NCBI RefSeq assembly: GCF_963921235.1
Contig: NC_086099.1
Span: forward strand, 176,948,001-177,012,000
Direction: 5' to 3'
Source of the DNA: Mobula hypostoma
Lineage: Eukaryota
Length of the DNA stretch: 64,000 nucleotides
Positions 50,840 through 62,290 of this stretch are shown here, in pieces. The notes beneath the pieces are model-generated. The model did not search any database, had not been told where the DNA came from, and saw only the letters and a list, made by a program, of their open reading frames with translations. Position numbers and translations under genes: made by a program. Numbering within the stretch: the stretch's first letter is position 1; each line of letters opens with the position of its first letter.

Positions 50840-53705
50840 TGTTCTTGATTCTAAAAACCCTTAGAAGCCAGTGATCACAATATAATCAAATCCACCCTGA
50901 ATTTTGAGAAGGAGAAGCTAAAGTCAGATGTATCAGTATTACAGAGGAGTAAAGGGGATTACAGAGGCATAACAGAGGAAGCTGACCAAAATTGATTGGA
51001 ACAGAACACTGGCAGGGATGATGATGGAACAGCAATTGCTGAAATTTCTGGAAGCAATTCAGAAGGTACAGGATAAATACATCCCAAAGAGGAAGAAGTA
51101 TTCTAAAAGTAAGATGACATAACCGTGGCGAACAAGAGAAGTCAAAGAAAACATGAAAGCCAATGAGAGGCTCTGTAATAGAGCAAAAATGAGTGGGAAG
51201 TATTGAAATACCAATCGAAGGCAAATAAAAAGTCATTAAGAAGGTACAGATGGAATACGAAAGTAAGCTAGCCAATAATATTAAAGCGGATACCAGAAGT
51301 TTCTTCTGATACAAAAAGTGTGAAAGAGACATGAGAATGTATATCGGAACACTGGAAAACAATGCTGGAGAGGTAGTAATGGCAGATAATGAAATGGCAG
51401 ACAAAAGGGATTAGTATTTTTCATCAGTCTTCGCTGTCGAAGACACTAGTAGTATGGTAGAAGTTCCAGGCATCGGGGGTCATGAAGTGAAACATGGAAA
51501 ACCTACAGCACAATACAGGCCCTTCGGCCCACAATGTTATGCTGAACATGTACTTACTTTAGAAATTACCTAGAGTTACCCATAGCCCTCTATTTTCCTG
51601 AGCTCCACGTACCTATCTAAAAGTCTCTTAAAAGACCCTATTGTATTCGCCTCTACCACTGTCGCTGGCAGCCCATTTCACGCACTCACCACTCTCTGTG
51701 TAAAAAACCTACCCCTGACACCTCCTCTGAACCTACTTGCCCTCTTGTGTTAGCCATTTCAGCCCTGGGAAAAAACCTCTGAATATACACACAATCAATG
51801 CCTCTCATCCACCATTGCTCCAAGGAGAAAAGGCCAAGTTCACCCAACCTATTCTTATAAGGCATGCTCCCCAATCCAGGCAACATCTTTGTAAAACTCC
51901 TCTGCACCCTTTCTATAATTTCCACATCCTTCTTGTGGTGAGGTGACCAGAACTGAGCACAGTACTCCAAATGGGGTCTGATCAGGGTCCTATATAGTTG
52001 TAACATTACATCTCGGCTCTTGAACTCAGTCCCATTGTTGATGAAGGCCAATACACCGTATGCCTTCTTAACTCCACGGTCAACCTGCACAGCAAGAGTG
52101 TGAAGTTACCATTACTAAGATGAAGCTCTTGAGAAACTGAAAAGTCTGAAGGTAGATTAGTCACCTGGACCCGATGGTGTACATGCCAGGGTTCTGAAAG
52201 ATGTGGCTGAAGAGATTGTGAATGCACTAATAAAGATCTTTCAATAATCACTATATTCTGGAAGACTGGAAAATTGCAAATGTCACTCTACTCTTCAAGA
52301 AGGGAGAGGGGCAGAGGAAAGGAAACTATAGGCCAGTTACTCTGGCCTCAGTGGTTGGGAAGATGTTGTAGTCAATTGTTAAGAATGTGGTTTCGGGGTA
52401 CTTGGTGGCATGGCCAAAGTCAGCATGGTTTCCTCAAGGGAAAATCTTGCCTGACAAATCTGTTGGAATTCTTTGGAGAAATAGCAAGCAGGATGCACAA
52501 AGGAAAATTGGTGAAGTTGTATACTTAAATTTTCAGTAGGCCTTTGATAAGGTGCCACATGAGGCTGCTTAATAAGCCATGGTGTTACAGGAAAGATTCT
52601 AGATGGATAAAGCAGTGACAGACTGGCAGGAGGCAAAGAGTGGGAATAAAGGGAGCCTTTTCTGGTTGTCTGCCAGTGACGAGTGGTGTTCCACAGGGGC
52701 CTGCGTTGGGACTGATTCTTTTTACGTCATATTTTAATAATTTGGATTATGGAATTACTGGTTTTGTTGCAAAGTTTGCAGATAATATAAAGATAGGGGC
52801 AGGTAGTTTTGAGGAAGTAGGCTACAGAGGAATGTTAGATTAGAATAGCAGAATTAGAAGAATAGAAGATTAGGAGAATGAACAAAGAAATGGCAGATGG
52901 AATACAGTGTCAGGAAGTGTATCGTCATGCACTTTGGTAGAAAAAATGAAAAGGTTGACTATTTTCTAAATGGATGGAAAATACAAAAATCTCAGGCACA
53001 AAGGTACTTGGGAGCCCTTATGCAGGATTCCCTAAGGGTTAATTTGCAGGTTGAATCTGTGGTGAGGAAGGCAAATGCAATGTTAGCATTCACTTCAAGA
53101 CAACTAGAATATAAAAGCGAGGATGTAATGTTAAGACTTTATAAAGCACTGGTGAGGCCTCACTTGGGAGTATTCTGAGTAGTACTGGGCCCCTTATCTT
53201 AGAAAGGATGTACTAAAACTGGAGAGGGTTCAAAAAAGGTTCACGAAAATGATACAGATTTGAATGGATTGTCATATGAAGAGCGTTTGATGGTTCTGGG
53301 TCCGTATTCACTGGAATTTCAAAGAATAAGCAGTAACCTCATTGAAACCTATTGAATGGTAAAAGGCCTTAATAGAGTGGATGTGGAGAGGATGCTTCCT
53401 ATGTTGGGAGAAACTAAGAACTAAGATCACAGCCTCAGAATAGAGGGACATCCTTTTAAAAAAGATGAGGAGTAATTTATTTAGCCAGAGAGCTGTGAAT
53501 CTGTGGAATTCGTTGTCACAGGCAACTGTGAAGGCCAAGTCCGTATGTATATTTAAGGCAGAGGTTGATAGACTCTTGCTTCGACAGGGCATGAAATGAT
53601 ATGGGGAGAAGGCAGGAGATTGGGGCTGAGAGGGAAAATGGATCAGCCACGATGAAACGGTGGAGCAGACTCAATGGGCCAAAGGCCTAATTCTGCTCCT
53701 ATGTC
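50840..53705 (+). mobile_element. Degenerate CR1 ORF2 with a nested minus-strand CR1 (~51490-52095)
   Basis: SQHGFLKGKSCLTNLLEFF, VTSGVPQG, KFADN and LYKALVRPHL motifs; the nested copy is closely similar to 49414-50130. Confidence 0.8.
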
Positions 53706-54122
53706 TTTTCTCCCCATGGTTGGTAAAATTGTTAACATATGTTCTAAATTAGAACAAAATCCAGAGAATTAATAAACATTTATAAACTGGGGGAAATTAA
53801 ATGCATCATGAATTAGCAATCTCTCTCTTGAATCAACGAGGTGACCAGACAATGAGGTAAGGCTATAACTAAATGTCACAGCTTTTTATTTCACTTATAT
53901 ATGTTTAACACAGGAGAATATTTGCAGCATAGGTATATGGAGAAATCCACAATATACCTAAGGAATAAGAATTTAACACGGAAAGGAAAAGAGAGAGACT
54001 GGATAAAAAAAGGATTGTGAACATGATAAATAACATGCAAGGCTATGACATATCATACAGTATTAAGCATTATTTTGCATATTTTTCTGTATAAATATTT
54101 CTAAAGATTCACACAGTTTTAC

Positions 54123-54252
54123 CTTCTATAGAATTATTAAAGTGTTTTCCCCACTGAGCATAAGATATTGATCCACCTCCAGCCCAGGGAAAGCAGATAA
54201 GTCTGAAGAGAGCTTCAGGTTTTCTATACATACAGTTCACTAGTTTATCCAT
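54123..54252 (-). CDS. OLAH: OLAH (medium-chain S-acyl fatty acid synthase thioesterase) coding exon 1
   Basis: ttacag|aaATG; [43 protein letters not shown]; donor g|gtaaaa. The six exons sum to 765 nt = 254 aa + stop. Confidence 0.95.
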
Positions 54253-55299
54253 TTCTGTAATATAATGCACAAGCTTTAAAATAAAGATTATCTCACATAA
54301 CATAATCATGCAAATTTACATATGATGTTCAGATATTTGTGCAATAAAGTTAATTCTACATTTGATATTCAAGTTCCAATCCAAGACTCCAAAAATTCAA
54401 AAGTGACAGCTGATGGAAATGTTGAGGAAAAGAAAGGCAATGGGGAGCACTGTCCTGATGCAATCATAAACTGAAGGGAAAAATATTCAAACATCATAGC
54501 AAATAATGTTAGTTTTCTATCACTGTTTACATTCTTTCCACAGCTAGCACCTTCGAATAAAGTTAATTGGCTGTCCATTGTTAATAGCATTTTGCTATTT
54601 CAGAAGGACATGTAAAGTGAAAGGAAACCAGATTTCAAACTAATTAATTGTACACGATAAGCATTGGAATCTTTCTGGTAAACGACATATTTCACTGTAT
54701 TCTACCATGTACATGTGATAAATAAATGAATCTGAATCTGATAAGCTGCTTTTTAAACATCTGATTTTCAAATACTCAACTTAGCCTGTAACATTTCGGC
54801 ATCTGAATGACACTTTAGTAGTGGACACAAAAAGAAGTGTTTGATGCAAGCATCAAGTTATGTAAGCATGTAAATTTAACACATTTAATAGGTAATCTTC
54901 AATTACCTTACTTGGTAGATTATTTGATAGGTTTTCCATAATAATTTTTTTAATTCTCTGATCTAATTCCTATGGTCTTACCAATGACATATTTTGAATA
55001 ATGTTCAGATTTGTCATTTAATTATTCACGTGTCATTAAGTGAATGCTCAAGAAACTTTCTCAGGTTTCTGCACAGTTCATCCATCTGCCATCTCCCTTA
55101 CAAACTTCCCACGCTATCCTCAGGTCAAGAATGAGTTGTCTCTACTCCATATTCTAAAGTGGCTGAAGAGTCCTGTTTGGATCTGCTGACATTGCTACAC
55201 GTTAGGCAGGTGAGGACAGTCAGGGACAAGGAAAATCTAAAGTAAGCAGCATTAGTGGAGAGAGAAAAAGAGTTGATATTACAGATAAAGAATATACCG

Positions 55300-56150
55300 C
55301 TAAAGTGCATCATCTGTAAATGTTGAATTGAGTCTGCAAGGCTGCTCAGACAGATGAAGTGCTGTTCCTCAGGCTTACCTTGAGCTTTATTAATCAGTCA
55401 GGAGGCCATATACACATTGTTCAGAGTTGGTGCAGGATGGAGAATTAATAGTGGAAGGCAACAGGAAGCTCTGGGTCACCCTTGTGCATTGAGTGCAGGT
55501 GCTCCACAAGTGGCCATCCATCTGCATTTTATTTCTCAACATAAAGGGGATCACAGTACCCCACAACTGTGTACTGAGTCTAGTACACCACAACAGTAGA
55601 AAAAAATATTGTTTCATTTGGAAGTATTGTTTGGGTCCCTGGATAGTGGAAAGAGGTAAAAGAATAAGTACTGAATTTTCTGTGGTTCATAGAAAAGTGG
55701 TGGAACGAGGAGAGCAGTGATAGAGATGGGAGAGCAGACCAGAGAATAGTGTAGGGTACAATCATATTAGAGTGCTGAAAGGATAAGGGAGCGATAGATT
55801 GACAGGTCGTGAAATGTTCTTGAAGCCAGTAGAAATTACAATGGATAATCCATTGAAAACAAAAGCTGGTGGGTGGAAATTGAAGAACAGGAGAACTTTA
55901 TCCTTGTTCTGTCAGAGAATTTAAGGGCTGAAAACAGTGATGTAGGAAAGAGATGCAATACAGTCTGGTGCCTATCATGGTAAAGGGAGCGCAGTGGTTC
56001 AGGAAGAACAAAAGCAATTGTGTCAAAAGTCTTGTTATCAATGAAGATACATGGCACAGATGAACTGGGAAAACAGAATGAATTTGTTACTTTGAGTGGT
56101 AGATTTAAGATGACTGTGGAATCATCCATCTAGACCAAGATGAAGATAGA
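55300..56150 (-). mobile_element. Old Penelope-like ORF remnant
   Basis: Degenerate GIY-YIG-region similarity on the minus strand (TQLWGTVIP...HLWSTC). Confidence 0.4.
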
Positions 56151-56224
56151 GAAATTTTAAAAAATGAAGAAAAAAGGACTATGTGAAGGCAAAAGCAGGA
56201 TGAAAATTTTCAGAAGTTCAAAGA

Positions 56225-57190
56225 AAGTTTATTATAAAATATTTATATGTAACCATGTACTACCTAGAAATTTATTTTCTTGCTGGTGTTTACAGGAGAA
56301 ATGAAGGTATACAATAGAATTTACAAAACAAAGACTGACAAATAACCAATGTGTAAAAAACACAAACTGGGCAAATATATTACAAAAAATTGAGAGCATG
56401 GTAAACACAAGAGATTCTGCAGACGCTGGAGATCCAGGGTAACAGGCACAAAGAATGCTGGAGGAACTCAGCAGGTCAGGTAACATGTATGGAAATGAAT
56501 AACAGTCGACAATTTGGGCCGAGACCCTTCATCAGGACTCATGTCCTCAATACTTCATGGGTACACCTGCCCAATGGTAATAGCAAGAAGAAAACACGGT
56601 GAGTGCATTTGATGATGGCTGCTGTTTTCGTGTGACGGCGCTCCATGCAAATGCACTAAATGTTGAGGTGGGCTTTACTTTGTGATGGACAGGAGAGCAT
56701 CCACCACTTTCTGTCGTCTTTTCCAACCTTGGGCATTGGTGTTTCCATACCAGGCTGCGATGCATTGAGTTAGGATATTCTCCACTGTGCATCTATAGAA
56801 GGTTGTCAAAGTTTTGGTGACGTGCTGATTCTATGCAAACTTCAAAGAGAGGTACTAGCGTCCCTTCCTTGTGATGGCACTTGCACACTTGTCCTGAGAC
56901 ATTTCGTCTGATAATGTTGATATTATGCAATTTAAAGCTATTGACACTCTCCACCTCCAGTCCCCTAATGACAACTGGCTAATGGAACTCCAGATTCTTC
57001 CTCCTGCAGTTGATAAACAGTTCTTTGGTTTTGCTGATGTTGAGACAAAGTTGTTGTGACACCACTCAACTAGATTTTAAATCTCCCTCCCATATGCCAA
57101 TTTGTCACCACCTTTGACTCGGCCAATGACAGTGTTGTCACCAAACTTAAATACGGCACTGGAGCTAGAGACGTACTTATGCAATCATAA
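56225..57190 (-). mobile_element. Rex1/Babar-type LINE fragment with a Penelope-like insert at ~56401-56539
   Basis: Similarity to 31370-32337 in reverse; the insert reads agtcctgatgaagggtctcggcccaaattgtcgact on the minus strand. Confidence 0.65.
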
Positions 57191-57192
57191 AT

Positions 57193-57545
57193 ACAATGGA
57201 TTACAGTTATTTGGGCCATCAGTTAATCGGGGCAGCCACTTATGTGGGACAACACTTAAAGAACAAAAACCAATCGAAAAAATAGGCAGGATTGCCTTTG
57301 TTTATTTGGGACGCTATGCCAATTAATTGGGACAGGGATGATTACCGGCCAGTTTCTAACTGGCGTCAGATGCAAGCATTTGTGTGGCCATTCAACATTA
57401 CACTGTGCTTAGAGAGAACAGTTTTCAAATAGCATCAGTTGTGTGTGTTAGTGTTCAAGAAGCAGTGATTTTTTGTGACTGAAAGTTGGCGAGAAACAAG
57501 CAGAAAGTCAATTCTGAACTGTTTTACTCACTGCGGTTTCCAGCA
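57193..57545. mobile_element. Fragment of the same Tigger-like family as 91-867
   Basis: ta-caatggattacagttatttgggccatcagttaat matches the reverse complement of ~780-867. Confidence 0.65.
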
Positions 57546-57859
57546 TTCCACAACCTAGGGATTCACTTTCAAGGTCTTTTAATCTCATGTTCTTGATATT
57601 TCTTGTTTATTTATTTATTTTTCTTTTTGGACTTGCACAGTTTGTTGTCTTTTGCGCATTGATTGTTTGTCAGTCCTGTTTGTCATTGATTATTCTACCA
57701 CTTTTTTTTTATTGTACTTGTATTTTCGGTTTAATGCCCACAATGAAATGGATCTCAAGATAGTATATGGTATCATATACGTTCTTTGAAAATATATTTA
57801 CTTTGAACTTTGAAACGTTAAGTCTGTCGCTCTCTGTTAATTACTCCACTAAATGATTG

Positions 57860-58425
57860 AATTGAATCGACTTTATTTCTTACATCCTTCACATACACTA
57901 GTGAAAATATTTACTTTACGTCTCCGTCTAAATGTGCAATGTGCGATAATAGTAATTAATAATAAATAGAACAGTCAATGTAATATAGAAATGCACTCAA
58001 ATCAGCGTGAGTTAATCAGTTTGACGGCCTGGTGAAAGAAGCTGTCCCGGAGCCTGTTCGTCCTGGCTTTGAAACTGCGGTACCGTTTCCCAGATGGTAG
58101 TAGCTGGAATAAACCGTGGTTGGGGTGACTCAGGTCCCCAATGATCCTTCAGGCCCTTTTTTCAGACCCGTCTTTGTAACTGTCCTGAATAGTGGGAAGT
58201 TCACTACTACAGATGCACTGGGCTGTCCGCAGCACTCTCTGCAGAATCCTGCGATTAAGGGAGGTACAGTTCCCATACCAGGCAGTAATGCAGCCAGTCA
58301 GGATGTTCTCAATTATTTCTGCGCAACACACACAAAATGCTGGAGGAACTCAGCAAGCCAGGCAGCATCCGTGGGAAAAAAAATACAGCCGATGTTTCAG
58401 GCCGAAACACTTCGGCAGGACTTTT
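57860..58425 (-). mobile_element. Rex1/Babar 3' fragment followed by a Penelope-like tail (~58321-58422)
   Basis: IENILTGCITAWYGNC ORF; degenerate hammerhead gtcctgccgaagtgtttcggcctgaaacatcggctg. Confidence 0.7.
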
Positions 58426-58619
58426 TTTTCCGGGTACTTCCTGTTTTTGTTTCCATTTTCCAGCATCCACCGTACTTTTATTTTAAATAGACCAGTTAAC
58501 ATTTGAGACAATTCTAATAAACACCATTGTCAACAGCATTTATTCCAAACACCGAATAAAAAAAATTATACCAGAATGAGGGTTTATTACAGTACAGACT
58601 TGAACTTTTCATTGTAACG

Positions 58620-58900
58620 TCGTACGAACCCCTGGGAAACCGATTAAAAAACAAAGCAGAAAACAACCCAATGATCGGACTTCAAAACCGAACCGAGCAC
58701 GAGGTTAAGTTAAGGATAACTGACCTGAACTGGTTGCCTTGTCCTGGTATTCGCTCGCCTTGCAGCTCCCTCTGTACATGTACAACACGGAAGCTGAGGC
58801 GCCTGCGCGTCATGAAGACGACAGATGGGCCAATGTGGAGACATTGCAAAGAACAGGGAATACGGTACGGTATTCAATACAACGGTAACCGGGGGAGCTA
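58620..58900 (-). promoter_or_regulatory. CpG-rich putative OLAH promoter
   Basis: ETS-like CGGAAG 58788-58793, NRF1-like GCGCCTGCGC 58799-58808, CCAAT ~58830. Confidence 0.6.
58725..58790 (-). other. OLAH: Putative non-coding first exon of OLAH
   Basis: Donor cag|GTCAGT at 58724-58719 within a CpG-rich patch. The ATG exon has an acceptor 2 nt upstream of the ATG, which implies an upstream exon. Confidence 0.55.
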
Positions 58901-59669
58901 AATAATTAGAGGGAAATACATTTTTTAAAGAAAACAAACAGAAATTATCCTCTTTATTTAGATATTTTGAACGGTATGAACCTATTGGCATCTTCAATGT
59001 TTTCCGTATCATCAAAGCTTGCAATTTTCTTTTTAAACCAGTCCTTAGGGATCAAGGGTGACTTGCTTTCATTCCGGGTGTAAGTGTCCAAGAATGCCCA
59101 CGTAGGAAGCACTGCCAGATTGAAGGTTTTCCAAACTGTTGTACGTGGGTGGGGAGAGAATGTGGTTTGCTGTGGAGCCAGGGACAGGACCTAAAATCGG
59201 AAGTGACTAGAGTAAAACAAAATCGAACAAACTTTAGAAAGGCATATGCAAAACGGGAAGATACGTGGCAAAAGACATTTAATCGAGTCTTTTAAAACAA
59301 TGGAAAATAAAATGGCAGGTGCTGGAATCTGAAAACAAAAACGTAAATACTGCAAAAAAATCAGCCAGTCAAGCAACATCTGTGGAAAGAGAAGCCAGTT
59401 ATTACTTTGGGTCAGGCACCCTACTTCTGAATCTGGGGTGGGTGAAGTGATGTACTTTGGTGAGAAAAAACAGTCACGAAAAATTATGGAAGAAAGAGGT
59501 AACCATTCAGCCTATTGTGTGCATGCGGCCAATAAAACAACTATTGACATTGATCTCACTCCCCAAGTCTTGCTCTGTATATTATTAATTTCGCTCTTTT
59601 TTGCACAAGAAAGGTGGTACTGTCTCGGTGTTTAAATTTTGCCCCAATTTCTCCACAACCATTTGCTTC

Positions 59670-59962
59670 TTGCGCTGTTCAAATGATTTGCAGCCGTCGT
59701 CATAGCATTGTGACCAAAGCGAAGGAGTTGAGCGAGGCGGAAACACGATGCCGCGGTTGGAAATACGATGCTGCGGGGCGGAAATACGATGCTGCGGGGC
59801 GGAAGAGGGGTGTGAGAGCTGGGGTCGTTCGTGGTCTTTGGGAGGGAACGACGAAAGATACGGGCACCGAAACATCAACCTTTCGACTCGAAACAAATCG
59901 AGGTCGTGGAAACGAGAGAAACTAGTTGTTTTTCGAAATCAGCACAGGGAAACAGAGTAAGT
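59670..59962 (+). promoter_or_regulatory. Second CpG-rich promoter and first exon of a divergent + strand transcript
   Basis: CpG-dense; tandem GGGGCGGAA elements; donor aga|GTAAGT at 59957-59962. Confidence 0.6.
59738..59805 (+). repeat. About 3.3 copies of a 20-21 bp tandem repeat
   Basis: Unit ggaaatacgatgctgcggggc, with GGAA at 59739, 59759, 59780 and 59801. Confidence 0.85.
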
Positions 59963-60872
59963 CACTGACGAGAAGACTCGGGCAAAATCAATTATTGAGG
60001 GTTTTTAGTTCTACCTTGTTCCGACAGAAGGGAATATCAATTTAAAGACATTCGTTATAGTGTCCAGATAATATTATCATTCCGAGTTGGTGGGTTGTAT
60101 TATATCTTCCTTTGACTTTTTTTCTGTGCAACTTCTTATTCCAGCATATAGCCTACATACACACAGTATGCTTCATTTAAAACTCCTGTTATTCACGTAA
60201 ATGTCATCCCACTTCTCATATTGATATTTCTTTATTTGCTTTATTCCCTCAGTCGCGGTTTTGAACGACTTCTTGGACTTGGTGATTTAAACTCCCTCCT
60301 TTGCTTTCTTTTTTTTAATTGCTCTCCCAAAGTATAAACTCGTTCATCCTGTCGTTTCACAGTCTTCGTTTTTGTACAGTACTTGTTTATTATTGTCACA
60401 TGTGCTAAGATACAGTGAAAAGCTTACCTTGCATACAAATCAAATCGTTACATGGTGGATTGAGGTAGAACACGGTAAAACAATTATAATGGAAATAATG
60501 AGTGGATCTGCAGGCAACAGCTTGCAACGAGTAGCTACTATGAATAACAGGCATTTTCTGATCAAATTCTTGTTTCATTCTCCTTTTTAGTCAAATATTT
60601 GTAGGAGGAGGGGAGGTGGGATGGAAAAGTTTAAAGATTCTTGATTCATTCTCTCAAGTTCCATCTAGCTTCGGGCTCATTAATGATTATCTACTGACAG
60701 GTTGAATCAAATATTCTCTAAATCCTGTAGTTCTGATGCTTCCAAAAAAAGTCATCACTCCCTACTTCACTATAGTAATTCTCCATGCTGTTTTTCTAAT
60801 CTTATGAACTGTGGAGCAAAGGACGCTGATGCAGTTTGTTTTGTGTGAAAGCTGTTTTAATAATCCACCAAC

Positions 60873-60939
60873 ACACCTAAAAATTGCTGATGAACGCAGC
60901 AGGCCAGGCAGCATCTATAGGAAGAGGTACAGTCGACAT
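60873..60939 (-). mobile_element. 67-bp Penelope-like tail micro-insertion
   Basis: TSD atccaccaac (60863-60872, 60940-60949); the element begins at gtcgactgtacctc. Confidence 0.78.
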
Positions 60940-62155
60940 ATCCACCAACGTATTTGACTAGACCTTATCAAGCATTTCAAAGATTCAAAAAACTTTATTG
61001 TCATTCTAACCGTACATCAGCTCTGCAGGGCAGAATGAGACAGCATTTCTCAGGGGCAGTGCAATCATAACATAACAAACACAACACTAAATAATAAACA
61101 TAACAATAAATAGTAAAACACAACAGTCACATGTCAGTTAAAATCAGTTATAAGTGTCCAGTGCAAGTTAAAAGTGTCCAAAGTAGAGTCAGGTGGAGCA
61201 GCTATTTAGCAGTCTGACTGCCTGTGGGAAGAAGCTGTTTAGTAGCCTTGTGGTTTTAGTTTTGATGCTCCTGTAACATTTGCCTGATGGCAGAAGAACA
61301 AACAGTTCATGGAGAGGGTGTGAGGGGTCTTTAATGATGTACCGTGTCTTCTGGAGGCATCAACTCTGAAAGAGGTCTTGGACAGAAGGTAGGGAGATCC
61401 CAATAACCTTCACTGCTCCCTTAACCACCCTCTGCAAGGCTTTTTTGCCGACAGCACTGCAGCTGGAGTACAAGGTTGTGGTGCAAAAGATCAACACACT
61501 CTCAACCACGCCTCTGTAGAATGTAGTTAAGATGTTAGTGGGGAGTGATGCTTGTTTAAGCTTCCTCGGAAAGTGCAATCTCTGCTGGGCCTGTTTCACA
61601 ATCCCAGTGGTGTTCTTGGACCAGGTGAGATTGTCCGAGATCTGCACCCCAAGGAACTTGATGTTTTCCACTCTCTCCACTGTGGAGCCGCTGATGCTGA
61701 GGGGTGTGTGCTCAGGCTGAGACCGTCTGAAATCGACGATCATCTCCTTGGTTTTGGTGACATTAAGCATCAAGTTGTTATTCCTGCACCAGCTCTCTAG
61801 GTGTTTGACCTCCTCCCTGTACATTGTTTCATCATTTTTGCTGATGAGCCCCACCACTGTGGTATCATCTGCAAATTTAATGATCAGGTTCTCCTTGAAT
61901 CTGGCTGCACATTCATGTGTTAGCAGTGCAAGCAGCAATGGGCTTAGCACACAGCCTTGTGGGGATCCAGTGCTCAGTGTGATGGAGTCAGAGATGTTCC
62001 TGCCAACATGGACTGACTGTGGTCTCTCTATCAAGAAATCCAGAATCCAGCGACACATGGCAGTGCTAAGGCCAAGCAGCGACAATTTCTCCACTAGTCT
62101 CTGCGGGATGATGGTATTGAACGCTGAACTGAAATCAGTGTACAGGATTCTGGCA

Positions 62156-62193
62156 TAGTCCTGACGAAGGGTCTCGGCCTGAAACGTCGACTG
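62156..62193 (+). ncRNA. Minimal type I hammerhead ribozyme motif (intact core)
   Basis: tagtc | CTGACGA 62161-62167 | agggtctcggcct | GAAA 62181-62184 | c GTC 62186-62188 | gactg. Confidence 0.82.
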
Positions 62194-62290
62194 CACTTCT
62201 TCTTACAGATGCTGCTTGGCCTGCTGCGTTCACCAGCAACTTTGATGTGTGTTGCTTGAATTTCCAGCATCTGCAGAATTCCTGTTGTTT
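62158..62290 (+). mobile_element. 133-bp Penelope-like insertion consisting only of hammerhead + tail
   Basis: 13-bp TSD ggattctggcata (62145-62157, 62291-62303); removing it restores ...[18 protein letters not shown] of the host LINE. Confidence 0.92.

Noticed and set aside
54253-54309. Upstream ATGs extending the first OLAH coding exon
   Set aside because: They lie upstream of the ttacag acceptor at 54255-54260, so they are intronic.
59585-59960. ORFs over the second CpG patch (EIRCCGA / KYDAAGR repeats)
   Set aside because: The peptide repeats simply reflect the 21-bp DNA repeat; no homology recognised.
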